From contig CAZUGP010000058.1 of assembly GCA_964619965.1 (NCBI GenBank), positions 5,198 through 69,197 on the forward strand: a stretch of 64,000 nt of DNA, given 5' to 3'. The notes beneath the pieces are model-generated. The model was not told where the DNA came from. It saw nothing but the letters and a program-made list of their open reading frames with translations, and searched no databases. Positions within the stretch are counted from its first letter, which is position 1. Every line of letters starts with the position of its first letter. The stretch is from an uncultured Acidobacteriota bacterium. GTDB lineage: Bacteria > Acidobacteriota > Polarisedimenticolia > Polarisedimenticolales > DASRJG01. This document shows positions 1 through 9,283 of the stretch, in pieces. A program made the translations under genes and the position numbers.

Positions 1-531
1 ATGAAAGCGGAACAGCGCGCGCGCCAGCCGAGCCTCGCGCTCGCGCGCGGCGCTCGCCATCGATGAGAACACGACCCCCGCGCCGATCACGATTTGCGGG
101 TCACGCTGGAAGCACCAGTTGGGTAGGGGTGGGACCTCGAACAGGTCGGTGACGTCCATCGCCTGCGCGGCCCCGGACGGGAGCCGCAACCCGCCGACGA
201 GCACGGCTGCCAACTCCTCGGAAGGGGTGTCCTGGAGCCGCGCGCGAAGTGCCGTCGATCCCGGGGGCAGCATCGCGGAGAGCGCATAGGCCCTCGCGCC
301 CGGATCGCTCAACACGTCCTCGAGCAGATCCTGGGCGTCGACGACGTCGACCCCCAACACCTGGAGGGCACGCCGGAACAGCCCGTGCTCCTCTCGCGCA
401 CGATCCCCGTAAAGGATGTCGTCGAAGAGCAGCTCTTCCATCATCGACGGAACCATGGCGTCGACCTCGGGGCCGGGCTGGTGCACCAACACCGTGCGAA
501 GGCGGCCGACTTCCGAAGTGACGTTCACCAT
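1..531 (-). CDS. arcA: arginine deiminase, N-terminal 177 codons (gene runs off the left edge)
   Basis: Absent from the ORF track because there is no stop inside the window. Manual minus-strand translation from ATG (complement 529..531) gives MVNVTSEVGRLRTVLVHQPG...ELLFDDILY...FEVPPLPNWCFQRDP...ARALFRFH. This is colinear with the arginine deiminase N-terminal region (LLFDD and PPLPNxxFxRD blocks). Confidence 0.85.
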   Translation of the reverse strand, partial: MVNVTSEVGRLRTVLVHQPGPEVDAMVPSMMEELLFDDILYGDRAREEHGLFRRALQVLGVDVVDAQDLLEDVLSDPGARAYALSAMLPPGSTALRARLQDTPSEELAAVLVGGLRLPSGAAQAMDVTDLFEVPPLPNWCFQRDPQIVIGAGVVFSSMASAAREREARLARALFRFH

Positions 532-555
532 GCACGCTCCTCACCCGCGGATAGG

Positions 556-1587
556 CTATTGCCACCGGAACAGGCTCAAGGCGACGGCGAACGCGATGGC
601 CCCCCAGAGGCAAAGGATGCCGAGCTCGCCAGCGACCGACAGCAGCGTTGCGCCGTCTATCATGACGGACCGCAAGGCGTCGTTCAGCGCCGTCAGAGGT
701 AACAGCCGGATGACCGGGCGCATCGCGTCGGGAAAGCGCGATGGGGAAAAAAAGACCCCCGAGAAGATCCACATCGGCAACATCACGAAGTTCATGAGCC
801 CCGACACCCCCTCGATCGTGCGCGGCCGTGCGGCGACCAAAAGGCCGATTCCGGTGAAGGCCATTGCGCCCAACCCGGAGACGACGGCGAGCGCCAAGAG
901 CGAGCCGTTGACCGGAACCCCGAAGGCCAGGTGAGCGAAGCCGACGAGAACGGCGACTTCGGGGATGAGGAATACCATGCGCCCCAACATCTGCCCCAGC
1001 AGATAGTCGCGCTTGCGCATCGGGGTCGCGACGAGACGCTTGAGCAGTCCGCGGGAACGCGCGGTGACGATCGAAAACCCGATCCCCCACATCCCGGTGC
1101 CCATGAGGTTCATGCCGAGAAGCCCCGGGACGAGAAAGTCGATGTAGCGCGAGCCCTTCTCGGTCATCTCCCGCAGCGCGGTCCTCCGCGGGTCGACGCG
1201 CCCCGCAAAGCGCTGCAACGCCGCATCAGCTGCCAGACGCGCGACCCGGCTTTCATCGCGCGTGGGATCGAACCAGTACGTGGTGGTCTCGCCCGGGATG
1301 ACGACGAGCGCGACCCTCCCCGTGCGCAGGCTCTCGCGCGCCTCCTCCTCGGGGAGCACCGTCGCCTGAAGGCCGGGATCGGCGCCCAGCGCGCGTGCGG
1401 CCTCGGAGGCCAAGGGGCCGTTGGCGACTGCGACCGCCAAGGGGCCGGGAGCCTTCGAGCGAAACGCGATGCCTAGGGCGAGCGAGAGGAGGACCGGAAA
1501 AACGAGCACCCAAAAAATGGCCTCCGGCTCGCGCACGAACTCGAGGAACTTGACGCGCGAAAGATGGACTAGGGGAGGCCAGCGCAC
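556..1587 (-). CDS. ABC-2 type transporter permease
   Basis: 343-aa ORF with several hydrophobic segments and an ABC-2 permease-like layout. It starts 4 nt after the stop of the upstream ATPase gene, so they share an operon. Confidence 0.85.
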   Translation of the reverse strand: MRWPPLVHLSRVKFLEFVREPEAIFWVLVFPVLLSLALGIAFRSKAPGPLAVAVANGPLASEAARALGADPGLQATVLPEEEARESLRTGRVALVVIPGETTTYWFDPTRDESRVARLAADAALQRFAGRVDPRRTALREMTEKGSRYIDFLVPGLLGMNLMGTGMWGIGFSIVTARSRGLLKRLVATPMRKRDYLLGQMLGRMVFLIPEVAVLVGFAHLAFGVPVNGSLLALAVVSGLGAMAFTGIGLLVAARPRTIEGVSGLMNFVMLPMWIFSGVFFSPSRFPDAMRPVIRLLPLTALNDALRSVMIDGATLLSVAGELGILCLWGAIAFAVALSLFRWQ

Positions 1588-1591
1588 GACG

Positions 1592-2515
1592 TCAATTGTC
1601 CCGAAGGTGGCGCCCGGTCATCACGACGAAAACGTCCTCGAGCGTGGCGTGGTGCGTCGTGAGGCGTGTCAAGGCTAAAGACTGCGCGGCGAGCTCCTGC
1701 AGGAGCGCGGGGATGGCCCGGTGGACCTCGTGCACGGTCAACGAGACGATGGCTCCGTCGATCCGAAGGTCCTTGACGTCGACGAGGCCGCGCAGCCTTT
1801 CGAGATCCGGGCGGGTCTCCGTTTCGATCTCTAAGACGTGCTCGGCGCCGAGCTGGGCCACCAGCCCGGCCGGCGTGTCGAGCGCGATCACCTTGCCTCG
1901 ATCGACGATGGCGATGCGGTCGCAGAGCCGCTCCGCCTCCTCCATGTAGTGCGTCGTCAGAAGCACGGTGCCGCCTCTGGCCTTCACGTCGGCGATGACG
2001 TCCCAAACCTGCCGCCGTGCCTGCGGGTCGAGGCCCGTGGTCGGCTCGTCGAGAAACAGGATCTCGGGGTCGCCGACCAAGGCCACGGCGAGCGAGAGGC
2101 GCTGCTTCTGGCCCCCGGACAGTTTCCGGACCCAGGAATTCTCCTTCTCCTCGAGCCGGACGATGCGCATGACCTCCTGAGGCTTGAGTCCCTTCGCGTA
2201 GAAGCTCCGAAAGAGCGCGATCGTCTCCTTCACGGTCAGCTTCTCGGACAACTGGGTCTCTTGGAGCTGGATGCCGATCCGCTCGCGCAAGAAGCGCCTC
2301 TCTTGGGACCAGCCGCGGCCGAGCACGCGCACCGTGCCTGCGTCCGGCTCGTTCAACCCCTCGAGGATCTCGACGGTCGTCGTCTTCCCCGCGCCGTTCG
2401 GCCCCAGGAGACCGAAGCACTCCCCAGCGCGAATCGCAAGGTCGATCCCGTCGACCGCGACGACGTTACCGTACCTCTTGACGAGGCCTTCACAGGAGAT
2501 CGCTACTTCCGGCAT
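1592..2515 (-). CDS. ABC transporter ATP-binding protein
   Basis: Walker A GPNGAGKTT, signature LSGGQKQRL, Walker B ILFLDEPTTGLD. Start moved to the internal ATG (MPEVAISCEGLVKRYG), the usual N-terminus for this family. The ORF-track start at 2542 is also possible. Confidence 0.9.
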   Translation of the reverse strand: MPEVAISCEGLVKRYGNVVAVDGIDLAIRAGECFGLLGPNGAGKTTTVEILEGLNEPDAGTVRVLGRGWSQERRFLRERIGIQLQETQLSEKLTVKETIALFRSFYAKGLKPQEVMRIVRLEEKENSWVRKLSGGQKQRLSLAVALVGDPEILFLDEPTTGLDPQARRQVWDVIADVKARGGTVLLTTHYMEEAERLCDRIAIVDRGKVIALDTPAGLVAQLGAEHVLEIETETRPDLERLRGLVDVKDLRIDGAIVSLTVHEVHRAIPALLQELAAQSLALTRLTTHHATLEDVFVVMTGRHLRDN

Positions 2516-2536
2516 GGAGCCGCATATCATAGCCCG

Positions 2537-3715
2537 GTGCATCGAGCCGTGGCCCGCGCCGCATCCGTCGCTTTCATCCTCGGGGTGGCTTCCCGCGTTC
2601 CGGCGGAGCCGCCGGTCCTCGTCCCTTGCGACGATCCTCCCGCGGCTGTCGCCGCGCTCGGCTCCAGCACTGAAATCGAGGCGTATGGGATCGCCCCCGG
2701 CGCGTCCGTTTCGGTCGTGGCGATGCCGTCGACCGGCGGGGGGGCCCGCTCGGAGCTTCGATTCGCCAGGGGTGCAAACGAGCCACGCGTCTTGCAGCTC
2801 GCAGGCCGGGTCTTAGGCCTCGCCGTTCTCGGCGACGGGAGCGTCACCTACGCGGTCGTCCGCGTCGCCGATCGCAAGGGGGCGGTCAAGAGCGTCGACC
2901 TCTTGCTCGTGGATCCGACGACCGCGCGCGCGACCTCCGGAGTCACTCTCCCGGCCACCGCCCGCGGGCTGGCCATCGGGGCGGACGGCTCGACCCTCTT
3001 GGTCGCTTCCCGGGACGAGATCCGGACGTTTCAGCTGCCGGGCTTGGCGAGCGGCCGTCTGTATCGGGTGCAGGGCGACAACGTCGGTGTCGCCCCGATC
3101 GCGGGCTCGTCTTACGTCGTCGTCGCCCAGCCCTCGCGGGTCGTTCTCGCCGACCTCGCGGCGCCCCAAGGGCGCGACGGCCTCGCGCTTACGGCCGAGA
3201 CCGCCGCCCCGGTTCCGTTCCGTGGGTTGTTGGGGTCGACAGGCGATCTCGGTCCGATCGTCCTTGCGGATGGCGGTCGCGCGTTTTGTGTTCGGGCGGG
3301 CGAACTCCCCGCCACGCCACCTGTTTCCGAAAAGGCTGCGGATCCCGCTCCACCACCCATTCGCGCGCCGGTACCACCCGCTCCATCGACGATCCCCGCT
3401 CCGGTCGACGCCGCTCCGCGGGAGCTCCCGGCCGGCCCCGGCGTAGTCGTCGGCGTGCTGACCGGGCCTTCGTTAGCCGATGCCGCGATGGTTGTTTTTC
3501 TCGGGCCGGACAACGTTCTTCACGAAGCGGCTCGCGCGGTGCCGGACGATCAGGGCCGGTTCACCGCGTCCGGATTGCCGGCCGGGGTCTACCGGATCGT
3601 CGCTTCCGGAAAGGGCGGCCGCGTGCTAATCTGCGACCCCCCCTTCATCACGATTCGGGTGGGCATAGACGGCGCGGTCGAGGCCCCGATGCTGAAGGTC
3701 CTCCGCGCGCAATGA
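2537..3715 (+). CDS. hypothetical secreted protein with a C-terminal carboxypeptidase-regulatory-like domain
   Basis: 3' part of the 1838..3715 ORF; the upstream part is antisense to the ABC ATPase. GTG at 2537 gives a signal-like N-terminus (VHRAVARAASVAFILGVA). The C-terminus GRFTASGLPAGVYRIVASG is typical of CarboxypepD_reg-like folds. Start is uncertain. Confidence 0.5.
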   Translation: MHRAVARAASVAFILGVASRVPAEPPVLVPCDDPPAAVAALGSSTEIEAYGIAPGASVSVVAMPSTGGGARSELRFARGANEPRVLQLAGRVLGLAVLGDGSVTYAVVRVADRKGAVKSVDLLLVDPTTARATSGVTLPATARGLAIGADGSTLLVASRDEIRTFQLPGLASGRLYRVQGDNVGVAPIAGSSYVVVAQPSRVVLADLAAPQGRDGLALTAETAAPVPFRGLLGSTGDLGPIVLADGGRAFCVRAGELPATPPVSEKAADPAPPPIRAPVPPAPSTIPAPVDAAPRELPAGPGVVVGVLTGPSLADAAMVVFLGPDNVLHEAARAVPDDQGRFTASGLPAGVYRIVASGKGGRVLICDPPFITIRVGIDGAVEAPMLKVLRAQ

Positions 3716-3791
3716 AACCTCGGTCCCGGCGGGACGTAGAAAACGCCGGCCGTCACGAGAAGCAAACCGAAGACTCCAAGGAGATCCCATC

Positions 3792-5825
3792 ATGCGTCGA
3801 CTCTCGTTCCTCCTCGCCGCCCTTTGCGTCGCGGCGCCGTCCCTGGCCGCAGGTGCCCCCGCCTCCGACGTCGGTGCGGCGGTCAAGTCCGCGATGGACC
3901 TCAAGGCGGACCCCTGCCAGGACTTCTATCAATACGCCTGCGGCACGTGGAGAGAAACGACCAAGCTCCCCGCCGATGAGACGCGCTGGGGCCGTGGCTT
4001 CAGCGAGATCGGCGAGCGCAACCGCACGGTCAACCGCGAGATCTTGGAAGACGCCGCCAAGAACCCGGGAGACGATCCGAACCGCCAGAAGCTCGGCTGG
4101 TTCTACTCAACGTGCATGGACGAGGCCGGGATCGCCGCGGCGGGCACGAAGCCGATCGAAGGGTGGATGAAAGACGCCGCCAAGGTCAAGAACCAGACGA
4201 GCCTGATGGAGACCGCCGGCAAGATGCACGCCGCAGGCATCCCGGGCCTGTTCGGGCTAGGCGTGGAGGCCGATTTCAAGAACCCGAACACGAACATCGC
4301 GCACATGTTCCAAGGGGGTCTCGGCCTTCCGGACCGCGACTACTACCTCAAGGACGACGAGGCCAAAAAGAAGATTCGCGAGCAGTACGTCGCGTTCGTC
4401 GCCAAGATGTTCGAGATGTACGGTCAGAAGACCGACGCGTCCCAAGCGATCGCGGGCCGGGTCCTCGCCTTCGAGACGGAGCTTGCAAAGAACTCCCGCC
4501 CGCGCGCCGAGTTGCGCGATCCCGACAAGATCTACAACAAGCTCGACCGCGATGGGCTGCAGAAGCTCACGCCGAAGCTCGATTGGGAGGGGTACTTCAA
4601 GGCGACCGGGCACCCGGAGGTCACGCAGATCAACGTCGCGGTCCCCGAGTTCTTCCAGGGGCTCGAAAAGCTCGCCGGCGCAACGGACGCGCCGACGCTT
4701 CAGGCCTATCTGCAGTGGAACGTGCTCCGGAACGCGGCCCCCGCGCTGCCGAAGGCTTTCGACGAGGAGAACTTCAACTTCTACGGCAAGACGCTTAGAG
4801 GTCAGAAGGAGCAGCAGGCTCGTTGGAAGCGCTGCGTGGCGCAGGCCGACGGGGCCTTGGGAGAGATCCTGGGCCAGGAGTTCATCAAGAAGCAGTTCCC
4901 CGGGGACAGCAAGAAGATCGCGCGCGAGCTGATCGAGACGATCCAGACCGCCTTCGCGAACAACCTCCCGGGGCTCGAGTGGATGGACGACACGACGCGC
5001 CAGCGCGCCCTCGGGAAGAAGGGGGCGATCGTCAACAAGATCGGTTACCCCGACAAGTGGAAGGACTACACGAAGCTCAAGATCAAAAAGGGCGACTACT
5101 TCGGCAACCGTGTTGCGTCGGATCGATTCGAATTCGAGCGCGAGGCGGCGAAGGTCGGCAAGCCGGTCGACAAGACCGAGTGGGGGATGACGCCCCCCGC
5201 AGTCAACGCCTATTACAACCCGCTGAACAACGAGATGGCGTTCCCGGCCGGGATCCTGCAGCCGCCCTTCTTCTCGAAGGACTTCCCCCCCGCCATGAAT
5301 TACGGCGGCATCGGCATGGTGATGGGCCACGAGCTGACGCACGGCTTCGACGACCAGGGCCGGAAGTTCGATGCGCAGGGAAAGCTCACCGAATGGTGGG
5401 AGCCCAGCGTGTCGGCGAAATTCGAGGAGCGCGCGTCCTGCATCGAGAAGCAGTACGGGAATTTCGAGGTGCAGCCGGACCTCAAGCTGAACGGGAAGCT
5501 CACGTTAGGCGAGAACATCGCCGACAACGGCGGCATCAAACAAGCCTACTCGGCGTACAAGGCCTACGAGGCGAAGCACCCGGGCGCGGAGAAGGCTGCG
5601 GTCGAGGGTCTGACAAATGACCAGCTCCTGTTCGTCGCGTTCGCGCAGACCTGGTGCTCGCTCGCGACCCCGGAGATCGAGCGCGTGAACGTGATGACCG
5701 ATCCGCACTCGCCGCCTCGATTCAGGGTCATCGGCCCGCTCGTCAACTACGCGCAGTTCGCGGAAACGTTCCACTGTGCGGAGGGGACTGCGATGCGTCC
5801 GGCGAACGTCTGTGAGGTTTGGTAG
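3792..5825 (+). CDS. M13 family zinc metallopeptidase (PepO / endothelin-converting-enzyme-like)
   Basis: Signal peptide MRRLSFLLAALCVAAPSLA, HELTHGFD zinc motif, GENIADNGG motif, AAGGAG RBS upstream. Confidence 0.93.
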   Translation: MRRLSFLLAALCVAAPSLAAGAPASDVGAAVKSAMDLKADPCQDFYQYACGTWRETTKLPADETRWGRGFSEIGERNRTVNREILEDAAKNPGDDPNRQKLGWFYSTCMDEAGIAAAGTKPIEGWMKDAAKVKNQTSLMETAGKMHAAGIPGLFGLGVEADFKNPNTNIAHMFQGGLGLPDRDYYLKDDEAKKKIREQYVAFVAKMFEMYGQKTDASQAIAGRVLAFETELAKNSRPRAELRDPDKIYNKLDRDGLQKLTPKLDWEGYFKATGHPEVTQINVAVPEFFQGLEKLAGATDAPTLQAYLQWNVLRNAAPALPKAFDEENFNFYGKTLRGQKEQQARWKRCVAQADGALGEILGQEFIKKQFPGDSKKIARELIETIQTAFANNLPGLEWMDDTTRQRALGKKGAIVNKIGYPDKWKDYTKLKIKKGDYFGNRVASDRFEFEREAAKVGKPVDKTEWGMTPPAVNAYYNPLNNEMAFPAGILQPPFFSKDFPPAMNYGGIGMVMGHELTHGFDDQGRKFDAQGKLTEWWEPSVSAKFEERASCIEKQYGNFEVQPDLKLNGKLTLGENIADNGGIKQAYSAYKAYEAKHPGAEKAAVEGLTNDQLLFVAFAQTWCSLATPEIERVNVMTDPHSPPRFRVIGPLVNYAQFAETFHCAEGTAMRPANVCEVW

Positions 5826-5842
5826 AAGCGTCGACTCCGAGC

Positions 5843-6271
5843 ATGCCGCTGACGATCGCCGACGGAATCGAGATTCCCGACGACGCCTTGGCGTTCACCG
5901 CGTCGCGAAGCGGCGGTCCCGGCGGCCAGCACGTCAACAAGACGTCAAGCCGTGTGACGCTCCGCTTCGACGTCGCCCATTCGCCCTCTCTCCCGGACGG
6001 CGTTCGCTCCCGGCTTCTTGCCGCCTTGGGGGGGCGCGTTGCGGCCGATGGGACGGTGCGGGTCGTCTGCCAGGCCTCACGCAGCCAGTACGCCAACCGC
6101 AAGACGGCCGAGCGCCGCCTCGAGGCGCTCTTGGCCTCCGCCCTCGTCCCCGTGGCAGAGCGCTTTCAGACGAAGATCCCGCGCGCGGAGAAGCGGCGTC
6201 GCATCGAATCCAAGAAACACCGGGGAGGGATCAAACGGGCCCGTTCCGTTCCCGACGAGCACGAGGACTAG
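5843..6271 (+). CDS. arfB: alternative ribosome-rescue factor ArfB (peptidyl-tRNA hydrolase, RF-1 domain)
   Basis: SGGPGGQHVNKTSSRV GGQ motif with a basic C-terminal tail (KRRRIESKKHRGGIKRAR). Start taken at the internal ATG (MPLTIADG). Confidence 0.85.
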   Translation: MPLTIADGIEIPDDALAFTASRSGGPGGQHVNKTSSRVTLRFDVAHSPSLPDGVRSRLLAALGGRVAADGTVRVVCQASRSQYANRKTAERRLEALLASALVPVAERFQTKIPRAEKRRRIESKKHRGGIKRARSVPDEHED

Positions 6272-7605
6272 CGCCACCCGGAGGCCAGAAGCGCGGCGAC
6301 GACGATCGACGCGGTTGCGGCGGTTGGCACCGAAAGCGGAGTGACGGTGGGGCGGCCGCGCAGCAGGGCTCGCGCGAGAAGCCAGAGGGAAAACGCGACG
6401 CACACGAGCGCGAATGCATCGTGGCTTCTGGCGTAAACCGTGGTGCCCCCGGCGGAGAGCGCGACGGTACCGGTCGGCACGCCGGCAAAACGGCCCTGGC
6501 GATCGATGAAGCCGGAGAGTCCCGTTTTTCCCGATCGAACGTACGCGATGCGGTTCTCGATCGCGCGCATCATGCAAACGCGCAACATCTGTTCCTGGAT
6601 CACGCCGTCGTCTTCGCCGTCGCCCGTCAGGTTGACGAGGAAACGCGCGCCCTTGCGCCCGGCATCCGCGACGAGCGGTGGGTAGGTGATCGAGACGCCG
6701 GTTGTGGCCGCGAACGGGAGCATTCCGTCCTTCCAAGGAAGCGCGAAGAGCGTCATGTGGGACCCAGTCCCCCGCAGGGTTCCCGAGCCATCCACGAGGG
6801 ACACGGCGCTCGTCTTGCCCCCGAAGAGGATCGCCGCCTGCTTTCCTGCCGCGAGCCTCGCCACGTCGTCGAGAATCGCGCGCTCGGGCCACACGATGAG
6901 GTCGGCATGTCCCGGCGGAAAGCTCGCCACGATGCCGGGCGGAACGAGCGCCAATCGCGGACCCTTCGTCTCGTTCGCCGCGCCGAGCCTGAATACACCG
7001 TACGCGATCGCGGCCGCGAACGCTGCGGCGATCGCGATCGCGGGAATCGCGACCCTGCGCTGACGCAGCACGACGCGCGGCCGCCACGCGGCGCCTTTCA
7101 ACGCGAAGAGAGCGTCGGCGCACAGGCCGTTGACCGCGGCGACGAGAAAGGAGATTCCATAGACCCCGGTGAGATCGGCGATTTGCACGAGAGGCGAAAA
7201 CCGGACTTGCGAATAGCCGAGGGCGAAGGGGTCGAAGTGACCGGAAGCCAGAAGCAACCGCGCCCACTCGACCGCGACCCAAACGACGGGCAAGGTGATC
7301 GATCGTGGGAGACCCAGGCGCTGGATCGGCCGTGCGAGGAGAGGGAACAGCGCCCATGCGGGGACGAACAACAGCGCCATCGCCGGCGGAACGAACACGA
7401 TCCAGCAGAGGTAGCCGACCACCAGGAAGTACAGCGGGGAGACCCTCGGCTTTTCCGGGTCCATGTAGAGAACGGTCCACGGGACGAGCGCGATGTAGGG
7501 CAGGAGGACGAGGCTGGGTGCGATCACGTAGGCGCTGAACAGCGCGACTCCTAAGAGGCCAAGCCCTCCCTCGATCGCGAGACTCCGCAGGCGGAAACGC
7601 AACAA
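6268..7605 (-). CDS. apolipoprotein N-acyltransferase-like membrane protein (Lnt-like, catalytic residues apparently not conserved)
   Basis: Polytopic N-terminal membrane domain plus a C-terminal CN-hydrolase-like domain. DLIVWPERAI aligns with the Lnt Glu block. The blocks expected to carry Lys and Cys read SHMTLFALP and SITYPP. TTG start is uncertain. Last gene of the pxpBCA operon. Confidence 0.7.
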   Translation of the reverse strand: MLRFRLRSLAIEGGLGLLGVALFSAYVIAPSLVLLPYIALVPWTVLYMDPEKPRVSPLYFLVVGYLCWIVFVPPAMALLFVPAWALFPLLARPIQRLGLPRSITLPVVWVAVEWARLLLASGHFDPFALGYSQVRFSPLVQIADLTGVYGISFLVAAVNGLCADALFALKGAAWRPRVVLRQRRVAIPAIAIAAAFAAAIAYGVFRLGAANETKGPRLALVPPGIVASFPPGHADLIVWPERAILDDVARLAAGKQAAILFGGKTSAVSLVDGSGTLRGTGSHMTLFALPWKDGMLPFAATTGVSITYPPLVADAGRKGARFLVNLTGDGEDDGVIQEQMLRVCMMRAIENRIAYVRSGKTGLSGFIDRQGRFAGVPTGTVALSAGGTTVYARSHDAFALVCVAFSLWLLARALLRGRPTVTPLSVPTAATASIVVAALLASGWR

Positions 7606-7626
7606 GAGCCCCTCGAACCGCGCAGT

Positions 7627-8364
7627 CTACGACCGGCGTCCCCGTCCGGCCAGAGCGGCAACGGTGAAGCCGGCCCCCTCCAATCCGCGGCGCACCGCGG
7701 TTGCGATCTCGACCGCGCCGGGCGTGTCGGCGTGAACGCAGATGGTGTCGCATCCCCCGTGGCCTGCGAGCCGGATCGCCTGAGCCGCGGCCACCTCGGC
7801 ATCCGTGATGAGCGCCCCGGCCCGCGCGCGGGGAACGAGCGTCCCGCTCGCTGTGTACGCCCGGTCGGCGAAGCCCTCGGCCGCGACCCGAAATCCAAGA
7901 TCACGCCAGACTTGAAGAGAAGGCGACCCGGCGAGACCGACGAGGACGAGTGCTTCGGACACCGAGAGGACACCCTCGGCCACGGCGATCGCGAGCTCGC
8001 GCCTCGCGGCCGCGTCGTTGTAGAGAGCTCCGTGAGGCTTGACGTGGGTGACCGCAACCCCCAGCGCGTCGGCAACGCGGACGAGCGCCGCGACTTGCGC
8101 CGCGATCGCCAGGGAGAGCTCGGGCGGTGCCAAGGGTGTCGTCACCCGCCCGAAACCCGCGCGATCCGGGTAGCTCGGGTGCGCGCCGATCGCGACGCCG
8201 CGGCGCAAGGCCAGGCCCACGGCCTCGCGCATCGTGTCGTCGTTCCCCGCGTGTCCGCCGCACGCGATGTTCGCCGAGGTGATCAGCGCGTAGAGAGGTT
8301 CCTCGCCCGGCCCTTCGCCGACGTCCGCATTGAGGTCGATCGTGTGGTCAAAGGAAGAGGGCAT
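7627..8364 (-). CDS. pxpA: 5-oxoprolinase subunit A (LamB/YcsF family)
   Basis: MPSSFDHTIDLNADVGEG...ANIACGGHAGN hallmark. Start moved to the internal ATG at 8364, overlapping the pxpC stop by 17 nt. Confidence 0.9.
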   Translation of the reverse strand: MPSSFDHTIDLNADVGEGPGEEPLYALITSANIACGGHAGNDDTMREAVGLALRRGVAIGAHPSYPDRAGFGRVTTPLAPPELSLAIAAQVAALVRVADALGVAVTHVKPHGALYNDAAARRELAIAVAEGVLSVSEALVLVGLAGSPSLQVWRDLGFRVAAEGFADRAYTASGTLVPRARAGALITDAEVAAAQAIRLAGHGGCDTICVHADTPGAVEIATAVRRGLEGAGFTVAALAGRGRRS

Positions 8365-9283
8365 CGAGCGCCTCCTCTTGATCCGCAAGGAGCGCGTGCG
8401 CCGCCTCGAGGGAGACCGCCTCGAATCGCAGCGCATCGCGCGGCCGCAGCCCCCCCAACCGGGAGAGGTCGGCGGCGATCACGTTCGCGATCTTCGGGTA
8501 GCCTCCCGTCGTTTGGTGCTCGACGAACAGCACGATCGGAAGCCCTCCCGACGGGATCTGGATCGCTCCCAACGGCACGCCTTCGGTGACGAGCTCGCGC
8601 GATTCCCGTTGCTCGATTCGCGGTCCCGTCAGCCTGATCCCCATTCGGTCGCAAGCCTCGCAGACGCGCCACTCGGCCGCGTACAGGGTCTCGTGCCCCT
8701 CCCGACTGAACCAGGAAGCCTGCGGCCCTTCGGTCACCCGAAACGGCTCGCCGGAGCGATAGCCGGGAATCGCCGACGGGTCGACCGCGCGGTCGAACGG
8801 AAGGCCTCGGACGGAAGCGCCGAGCTCGAGCCGATCCCCCGCGCGCAGGGCCCGCCCCTCAAAGCCGCCTAAGCCTGTGAGCAGATGCGTCGAGGCGCTC
8901 CTCAAGACGGATGGTACGGCGAGTCCGCCGCGAACGCAAAGGTACGCTCGTGCCCCGCCGCGCATCCCGCTGCAGACGAGCGCGTCACCCGCGCCGACCG
9001 CGAATGACCGCCACGGCACGACCGGTCGATCGCCGAGGCGCGCCCCCGCATCGACGCCGGCCAAGGCGACGACGCCGTCACCCTCGAAACGAAACGATCC
9101 CCCGACGATCGTCATCTCGAGCGCCGCGGCGCCGTCGTCGTTTCCGACGAGCCGGTTTCCGACCCGGAGAGCGAGCGCGTCCGCGGCTCCGGACGCCGAC
9201 ACCCCCGCCGCCGCGTGACCGGGCCGCCCGAGGTCCTGCACCGTGGTGAGGAATCCGGGCCGCTCGACGCGGATCGCGTTCAC
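8348..9283 (-). CDS. pxpC: 5-oxoprolinase subunit C (KipA / allophanate hydrolase subunit 2-like)
   Basis: MNAIRVERPGFLTTVQDLGRPGHAAAGVSASGAADALALRVGNRLVGN is typical of PxpC. 4-nt overlap with pxpB. Confidence 0.9.
   Translation of the reverse strand: MNAIRVERPGFLTTVQDLGRPGHAAAGVSASGAADALALRVGNRLVGNDDGAAALEMTIVGGSFRFEGDGVVALAGVDAGARLGDRPVVPWRSFAVGAGDALVCSGMRGGARAYLCVRGGLAVPSVLRSASTHLLTGLGGFEGRALRAGDRLELGASVRGLPFDRAVDPSAIPGYRSGEPFRVTEGPQASWFSREGHETLYAAEWRVCEACDRMGIRLTGPRIEQRESRELVTEGVPLGAIQIPSGGLPIVLFVEHQTTGGYPKIANVIAADLSRLGGLRPRDALRFEAVSLEAAHALLADQEEALDALFL

Noticed and set aside
101-1090. 329-aa minus-strand ORF, plus several 100-180 aa ORFs, overlapping arcA and the ABC-2 permease
   Set aside because: Arg/Pro/Gly/Ala-rich low-complexity translations with no family motifs. 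They lie off-frame or antisense to genes with clear family signatures. These are typical high-GC shadow ORFs.
1838-2536. 5' two-fifths of the 625-aa plus-strand ORF
   Set aside because: Antisense to the ABC ATPase, which has Walker A, Walker B and signature motifs on the minus strand. Only the part downstream of about 2537 is non-overlapping and has a signal-like start.
6077-7753. 558-aa minus-strand ORF across arfB, the Lnt-like gene and pxpA
   Set aside because: Off-frame shadow (RRxR/GR-rich) spanning three genes that have recognisable products in other frames.
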